Shown here piece by piece: positions 34,373 through 42,553 of a stretch of 42,553 bases of DNA; within the stretch, counting starts at the first letter, position 1; each line of letters begins with the position of its first letter. Source of the DNA: Basidiobolus ranarum (lineage: Eukaryota); contig JASJQH010006909.1 of NCBI GenBank assembly GCA_040143965.1, positions 1 through 42,553 of the forward strand. The letters are read 5' to 3'. The notes beneath the pieces were generated by a model. That model did not search any database. It was not told the origin of the DNA and saw only the letters and a program-made list of their open reading frames with translations. The position numbers and the translations under genes were made by a program.

Positions 34373-36645
34373 TTATATATAGTGATTGTTGTGGTGAGGA
34401 AACCAAGTTTCTATTAGAGTATCAACTGCTACTGGATGCTCGTTATTTATGAAATAGCTTACATCGGTTAGTAGTAGATCTTGAATGCTCATACGATTGT
34501 TGGGTGGAAAGCACTTGTTTGTAGAAATGTTGTTCTCGGAGACATACGATAAAGGTGGAGCTGGATAATTAAAAGTAGGTTGATAATCTTCCTGAAGACT
34601 ATATACGGGTGCCTCTTGTGTCCACGACTCGAACTTCGTGTCTAGACCATAGGAGTCGAAAGTCCCTCCTATTGTTGAGGCTGGATGTGCGTTTTCCCCT
34701 TGTTCATTAACAAGCTGTTGAATTGCTGCAACTATTTCATCCTGAGTAGGCACTCCATCGTATTCTGTCTGTGTATAATGTTGGTCAGCGAAGGGTTGGT
34801 TCTCCATGCAGTTTGTGTTTTGAAGAACAGGTTGATCTTGATATGTGTAATCAAATTGACCTTGTAATTGATCCACCCACTGGGAATTATCATAAAAGGC
34901 GAATTGTTCCGGGTGGAAGACTTGTTCGTATTCGATATTATTTTGAAAAGATTCCTTAACAACATTGGGTTGATATTGGGGAACGAAATTGACTTGAAAA
35001 TCTTCGGATTTTCTTTCGTTTCGATAATCCGGAAATTGAGAGGCACCTTCGACCTCTTGGATGACATTGTACTGTTGTACCATCTGACTACACGAGTTCG
35101 TATTTTCACTAGTATTAGGATACATGGAATCACTCTCCGAAATAGTTTGGAGTGAAACGTAGCCTTCATCGCTTGGGTAAGAATGATCAGATTCTTCATT
35201 AGAGTTGTTATCATCTGGATAGACATCTTCTGAGCAACTTATTAGCGAGGATTCTGTCGGGCATTCAGGTGTGTTGACGGAGACTTTACGAGTCACTGAG
35301 TCAAGTAAAGCGTCGAGTTCCATGTAGCTATTATGATCAGAAGCATATCGCGAATGAATGGAGGATTGTACATGCTAATCAAGATTATCATTAGAAACCC
35401 AATTTCTCCAACAAATTTTATGTGTGTACTTACCTCCTCTAAATCATCAAACTTGGCTTGACAATTCTCACAATATCCGGGTTTCTTGGGGATTACAACC
35501 ATGGGGTTGGATTTCGAAGTACTGACACTGGACGAGCAAGAAGCTGGCATCCGTACTTGTGCACTGCCAGGAATATTGCGATTCAATAACTTGTTTCGTG
35601 CTTGGGAAGTTTTCGGAGATCCAAGATCATCATCGTATTTAATAAATGGACACTTTCCCTCAGTGTTACGATACAACTTTGGCCAGGGTGTGGTTCCACT
35701 TTCATTGCCAGCTAGATATTCCCGTACAGCTATAGGTTTGTGAGTCTTTGTGGTGTCTTCCACCAACAAGTATATCTGTCTGAGATAATGGACATGTGTA
35801 GAGCTGTGCGGACTAATCCCGAAAACCTTTTCATCGCGTAGCACATCGTCTAAGGGCTTTGATGAGAGGTTGCTCATAGGAGACTTTAGAAGATGCCGAA
35901 GAATATTGAAAAGCTCTAGAAATGGATTAGTTTAGGTAATGTTGAAATTATATCACTATAAAAGGACACTTACTTTGTGTTGTCCACACTTTGATTCCCC
36001 ATTTGCCTGCATTTTGGGCCAGCTTAGATGCGGTGGCTGTTTTGGAAGTCTAGTGATATCGAAGTTGGTTGGAAATGTATTCATTTGATACGTTCAAGTA
36101 GATGCTATATTCTTACCTTTGATGAAGGAGAGGAGAAAGACATGGCTCGAGACGGTTTACCAGCACCGATGAGCTTGGAGTCCCCGGATTTATTTTGGCA
36201 GATAATCAAATGAGTGACTTTAGAGGAAAAGAACGGCTCAATTTTCTACATATTGAATGGTTAGTTTCCAAGGTGATATATTAACATAGTTGTGATTTTC
36301 ACTAACCCCTCCAAGTCGTTGAATCTGATATCTCATATCCTGTATTACGTTTTCTTCTATTTCATCAAAGTAAAATAGAAAGGTAGGGAAGGCTTTGCGA
36401 TAAGCCTTTGCCCAAACAGCAACATCAACTGAGTTCGCTTTGGGAGTGACCAAGGGCTTTTTGGGAACAGCAGTTTTTATACGTTTTGGAGTGAAAGAGT
36501 CTCGACTGTACTGTGATGGCTCAGTATGAATGTCCGAGAAAGTTTCTAATCCTCTCTTCTTGGAATTACGGGAGTTACCATTTGCTGATGGTACTACTTT
36601 CGTCTGTGAGTTTTCAGCGTGTAAAAGAAGAGTGGACCTACCCAT
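34373..36645 (-). CDS. DBF4: Dbf4/Dfp1 regulatory subunit of Cdc7 kinase, 5 exons
   Basis: Motif N (BRCT: FYFD..LGG-KIEPFFSSKVTHLII), motif M (YLLVEDTTKTHKPIAVREY..WPKLY...CPF), motif C zinc finger KPGYCENC..FDDLEE-HVQSSIH. Confidence 0.92.
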
Positions 36646-36756
36646 TTAACCAAACAAAATACTCAAATAGCTATTAATTCCTAGGAATATTTCTGTGCCT
36701 TTTCCTTCACTTTTAAGAAACCTTAGTAACAACAGCAGGGGACTTGGTTTTGTATG

Positions 36757-36961
36757 TCGCGTTTACACGAGATTCCCTTTTTTTCCAGTCCACATTTGCT
36801 ACATGTTCTCTAAAATAACTAGAGATGAACCAATCAGTTACCTCATATGTGATCTACCTTCGATTATCCTCTATTTTAGTGAGATTTTTACTGAATTTAG
36901 CAAGAAATGTCCTCTTTGAGTGAATTGGATCATACCACGTACCAAGAATAGAAAAACGCGA
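36757..36961. promoter_or_regulatory. Two AAACGCGA motifs (MCB/SCB-like) upstream of DBF4
   Basis: TCGCGTTT at 36757-36764 and AAACGCGA at 36954-36961; motif match only. Confidence 0.4.
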
Positions 36962-37153
36962 CCCAACGAAATTAAAGGTATGTGATGCACGCATTTAAGC
37001 CGTATTTAAACAATTTAAGTTAGTTTAGACTCAAGCGACTAATCAAACCAACATTCAGAGAATCACCTAAATTCTTAATTTTCTTGTTTCAATGAATACT
37101 CCATTAATTACGCAAGAAGGGAAGGTCCTGTCTGGACTTTAATATTATCACTC

Positions 37154-38057
<904 letters not shown>

Positions 38058-38280
38058 AGCGTAATTGAGTAATTAATGGATTAACTCTAATCCCCGCCAT
38101 CGTCCTAAGCATTCTTTCGCTCTCGCTTGTTGTTTGTAAATGACCATCAACAGATCCTTTGTACCTTTAATCACTTATAAACGCATTGTATGGTTAAGAA
38201 TTCGCATATTTATTCGATTTAATGGATTCTGTTTTACCATGGATCTATCACTATTCGCTTTATACAGTTGCTGAGTGTAA

Positions 38281-38319
38281 GGAGGGGGAGGGGAAGGAGG
38301 AGGAGGAGGAAGAGGAGGA
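38281..38319. repeat. Purine-rich (GAG)n simple repeat between convergent 3' ends
   Basis: ggagggggaggggaaggaggaggaggaggaagaggagga. Confidence 0.7.
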
Positions 38320-38660
38320 AATAAATGTGATCATCACCATTCATGTCCAATTTTTACAGATAGCATTCTTCGACGGATGTTACTTTACTTCGCAGGTTAC
38401 TTTTGATAGCTGATTCGAAGAACCTCCACTCTCTAGTAATATATCACATCCTATAGACATTAGAAAGCAAAGACTAGGAACGTATTTCCTCAAGTGGAAA
38501 GGTAACTCTCTGGTGATTGTTACTACTGGTTAGTTTCATTGCTAACCCTTCCACCACCACCGATTCAATTAAGTTCACTTATTTCGAGGGGAAACAATTA
38601 CATAAGGTGGAGGGAAATATGAACGTGGGTTGATTAAATTAAAAATTAACATGAAACCAT

Positions 38661-40197
38661 TTATCGCACTGTGGGTAATGGTAATGGTAATGGCAATGTT
38701 AACGGTGGTGGTAGCGGAAATGAATCAATTAATGCCTCCCAAGATAACTCTTGATCACACTCATAATCAGTCGATATGACTGGGTTGGGCTCATCGAATT
38801 CCTGGGAGGGTCGGAAGTTAGAGTCCGGCGGTGAGCCTAGCTCCTCATCAGAGCTTGGTGAACTGTCGAGTGCTAACTCAGTTTCACTAGAAAAGGAGTC
38901 ATCGGTATCAAAGGTAGGGGCTGCTGACAAATCAGGATAATAATTGAAAGATTCTACAAACAAAAAGGCTGTTAGAATGTTAGTGTGGCAACAACTACCA
39001 GCATCCACTTACCATGTGAATCCATCGAAAGAAATGAATGATTGTTGTTCTGGAAAGTGACTAAAAACCCCAGGGTTATTATAATGATTATAATGATGAA
39101 GGATCAAGGGAGATATGCATCAATGTACCATTATCGAAAAGAACACTTTTATCCACCGTTCGATTGCTAGATTTCGTCAACAAGTGCACTGTAAAGGATG
39201 GTAAGTTTCAATCAACTCGAGTAATTCTCTCAGGTTGCAGTCCATACCATGTCTAAGAGAACGGATTGTACGATTCTTGAATCCCTCCATTTGCTTTGAT
39301 TTCAACGACCGTGTTTCTGTCGCTCTATCGAATGAGGTGAATTCCCTTCGAGAGCCTTCTGCTATACAGTCTTTCCACCTGTATAAATATATACATGGGT
39401 TAATTAAAGGTCTACTTGAGTCGGAGTTGTGCTATTACCAATTTTGTAAAACATCAGATCCAGTCTGAATCAGTACACTAGAGCTCCCTTTTGATAGGAC
39501 TATGATGAAGTGACGTCCTTTATACTCAGACATGGTTCCAATTTGTACCTCATCCAATGGGACTTGTCCTAAAAGCTAAATAATCCAAACAAAATAAGTC
39601 TGCATCCCTGGAATCAATAACAATAAACAAGTCGGTTTCACCTTGTGATGGCGTTCAAAGCTAGTGTCAGAAGGTAAATCGTAGAACCTGAGTGTTGTAT
39701 TAGTTAAAACTGCCAGTGCTTTGACCCAACCGTTACCAAGGAATTTCAAGTCACCACGAAGTTTACGGTTGGGACGTTGAATAAGTGAGGTGACGTTTGG
39801 TTTATCTTTGTAATAAACAAAACCAACTTTAGAGAAGGTTGCTTCAAAGGTGGCTCCATGACTATATAAAAACGTCCCAATATCCAAAGGTTTTTCAAAT
39901 TTAAAGTCCTCCGTGATGGCTGGCTTATGAGTATCGCAAGCGTATGAAACGTGTAGTGGAGTTAGAAAATGCATTCCACAGCCTGTACATTTCATGGCTT
40001 TGAATGGTTGGGGTCCTACGAACATGTTCTGCCCACATCTTACACAAGTGACTATTTTGGATTAGTATAAAGTGGAGTGAAATATGGCTCTCAAGTAGGG
40101 TACCTTTGGAGGCTCCGATAAATTGTGCATGAAAGGTAGTTAGTTCTTGTTGCTCTTTTTCCAAGAAAGATACTTTAAGCCATGATAAATTGGCCAT
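38661..40197 (-). CDS. Uncharacterised protein with N-terminal CxxC...CxxC, PH-like domain and acidic/Pro-rich tail; about 7 exons (alternative in-frame start 40263)
   Basis: Manual splice gives MANLSW...GASK-VTCVRCG...MKCTGCG...KVGFVYYK...GWVKALAVLTNTTLRFYD...K-LLGQVPLDEVQI...KGRHFIIVL...VLIQTGSDVLQNW-WKDCI... All introns GT-AG and in frame. Confidence 0.75.
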
Positions 40198-40542
40198 GAT
40201 AAGGTGGTAAATTGATGGGTTAGAGAATTCAGTATTTGTAATAGATCCAAGTCTCCATTCCATATTTCAATTTAGTGCTTATATAAGGATAAACGGAATA
40301 GGGGTTCATTCAACGGAGTGAATCTTCCAAAAAGGAAGGTGGAGTACTCAACATTTCTGGTCATTAATATTACTAGAACCGGTTGAGGTTGTGCATGTTA
40401 TGAAGCAATGTTTACCTCTTAACTCTGCTAAACTACACTCGGCCAGACATAAATTAATGTTATTGATTTCAAGAAATAGGAGTTGTTCAGTCAAACAAAG
40501 AAGTCGCTATAGTCATGTACTGGCGGTTTAACGAACTCAGGT

Positions 40543-40599
40543 CAAGCCACTTCTCCGATAACAACGGAGTCCAAGCCACTTCAATAACAACGGAATTCC
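40543..40599. repeat. Imperfect tandem duplication (~28 bp)
   Basis: CAAGCCACTTCTCCGATAACAACGGAGTC / CAAGCCACTTCAATAACAACGGAATTCC. Confidence 0.75.
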
Positions 40600-41155
40600 T
40601 GGATTCTTATCAAGAAAACAAACCAGTAATTTTGCCAATGAGTGAGAGGTTTTCCGTATTTCAAAAGATTGTCGTAAAGAGCTGAATGCACACATACCCC
40701 ACTGAATTACTATATGCGGTTTGAAGACTTCTTTACCTTAAGTGCCTATACAGACTGCTCTTATATAATAGAATACTACTTATCTTTCATCCACACGTCA
40801 AAGCGATTGATTAAATGCACACATGTTATTTGGTTGTGGGGAATTGCTATCGAGGTGTGGGGAAATACATATTGACATGCTGTGAATGCGGTTTGCGAAT
40901 TGATTTTTCTGACTGAATGCCTTTCTATTGGCTTAAAAGTTAATTTGACCTTATTGATGGCGTAAGTTAATGTACTGTCACTTGAGGCTCTAATCACTCT
41001 GTACAGCAAAACTGCTAACTTATTTTCTGATAATGATGAGACTACTTGCTGAGTAAATATATATATATATTTGACAAACGTTTAATGCTATGAATAGGTA
41101 GCCGTTCAGACAAAGAGGGGAGGGAGGCAGGGGGGGGTGAAAGATGGTGCGGTGC

Positions 41156-41523
41156 CTATTTGAATTTAGGATTGTTCATTAGAGTTTTGTATTCGTTGAT
41201 CTTAGCTTCCTGTACGCGAAGGCGGCTGAAATGGTCGAACTAGAATGAGGAAGGTAGTAAAAAAGTCCAGTTAGAATCATTTTCAAGTTCAATAAAGGCT
41301 TCTGTTTACATACCCAACTCAGAGGACATGCCTCTTTGAAGTCCTTTTCTTTACGAACAAGGGACTCGTCTTGAGCCACTTGAGCATCCAAAGGATCTAT
41401 GATAGACTTCTCGTCAAGAGCTTCGAAGAATTTATCACGAGCTGCCCAGCATTTCTTTCGTGCTGCACGGTCTAATGGCTTATATGAAGATTGGTGGTCG
41501 GTCGTTTCAACTTGGTTGCTCAT
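41156..41523 (-). CDS. COA6: Cytochrome c oxidase assembly factor 6 (COX6B-like family); exons 41314-41523, 41156-41239
   Basis: RAARKKCWAARDKFFEALD...FKEACPLSW|FDHFSRLR matches the COA6 pattern R..CW..RD.YF.CLD...F...C..SW..YF..R. Intron 41240-41313. Confidence 0.85.
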
Positions 41524-41698
41524 GTTCACGATATGATTTAATGCAGTGTGTGTAAGTAAAATTTTACCTCTGCATAGCTTATCATGTACTAAGTCCAGTC
41601 ACGTGTCTCAAGTAAATCAAAATCCAATTTGTTCAATAAATACAAACTCCAATTCATACTCAAATTGCTATCAAGCGAAATTGACTACTATTTGGGCG

Positions 41699-42553
41699 AC
41701 TGCAGCCAAATAGATATATTTATAATACTAGTATCACAGGAAATAAAAGGAAAAGCTTGCTGTATATAGTGTTGCACATTTGACCATTGTTTGCAGGTTT
41801 ATATTGTGGACAAACTAGCCAGATAACAGGATTGAAATAAGTTCATTATCTTTGAAATCCTAATCCCCTAGGCATATCTGAATTATGCTTTAATTATGAA
41901 TATATCAATGATAAATTGTCATCTTGCTGCAAGCAAGTCATTCACTCCAATCCTTTTCATTCCTACTGCATCATATCTCATATTATAAAATATGCTTTGG
42001 GATAGGGAGAGGCAGGTAACATAGCCACTTCAATACATGACTAGTTCCAGCAGACCAGATAATATATTAAAGAGGTATTTAACATCAACCACAATTTCTT
42101 TCTGTTAAAGCATCTTGGGAGCCTGTTGGAAGTAGTTTGAAGAATTAGAGAATTTGTTGGCATTCACTTAATGATATACTGAGTTGAAAGTGTTGAAGTT
42201 TATTGTCTTTATCATATTTGTTATCTTTATCTTTATACACCTAACTATTTCATATATCAAATATAAGTTTGTTAACATTGCTTAGTCAAATATCACTTAA
42301 CTACAAATTGGAGCATATATTATATATATATGTGAATAATGTGAGAATTAGCAATTCCATATTGGAAACTTCAAACTTGTCCATATTGCCCCAAAAATAG
42401 CTCACTTTATTCCCACAGATGTTCTGAACACAACCCCAGTGTTAGTTTTCTGTATTTCCACAAAAATGTATAAATGCTTTATTTCCAGACAATAAATAAT
42501 TATCTCACAAAGCTCTTCACAACTCCACTTTTCTAAAGTTCCTCCAAACAGCC
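41699..42553. mobile_element. CpG-free AT-rich segment, possibly a decayed methylated repeat/transposon remnant, running off the window
   Basis: No CG dinucleotide found by eye in 855 bp; no long ORF; no element family identified. Confidence 0.4.

Overview
Gene-dense window from a eukaryote, most likely an early-diverging fungus (inferred from short 50-120 nt GT-AG introns, AT-rich intergenic DNA and the gene set). I can reconstruct 18 protein-coding genes, most spliced: MFS sugar porter, an unknown highly codon-biased 182-aa protein, Xbp1-like APSES factor, RasB/Ras2, DUF866/CZIB, a long PPR protein, DIM1, RPA32, GT34 glycosyltransferase, acetyl-CoA hydrolase/CoA-transferase, SERINC/TMS1, CNS1, tricalbin, mitochondrial L27, DBF4, Siw14/Oca phosphatase, a CxxC-CxxC + PH-like protein and COA6. 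No tRNA, rRNA, CRISPR or intact transposon was recognised. The most notable observations are: (1) a 2-nt micro-exon that the Ras reading frame requires; (2) a free-standing protein resembling the C-Ala/DHHA1 domain of alanyl-tRNA synthetase, with an acidic P-stalk-like tail; (3) a COA6 that has lost the inner cysteine pair; (4) a CoA-transferase of the 4-hydroxybutyrate/ASCT-IB type rather than the yeast Ach1 type; (5) a plant-like PPR array with a readable RNA code; (6) an 855-bp terminal segment with no CpG. All calls come from manual reading; no database searches were run.
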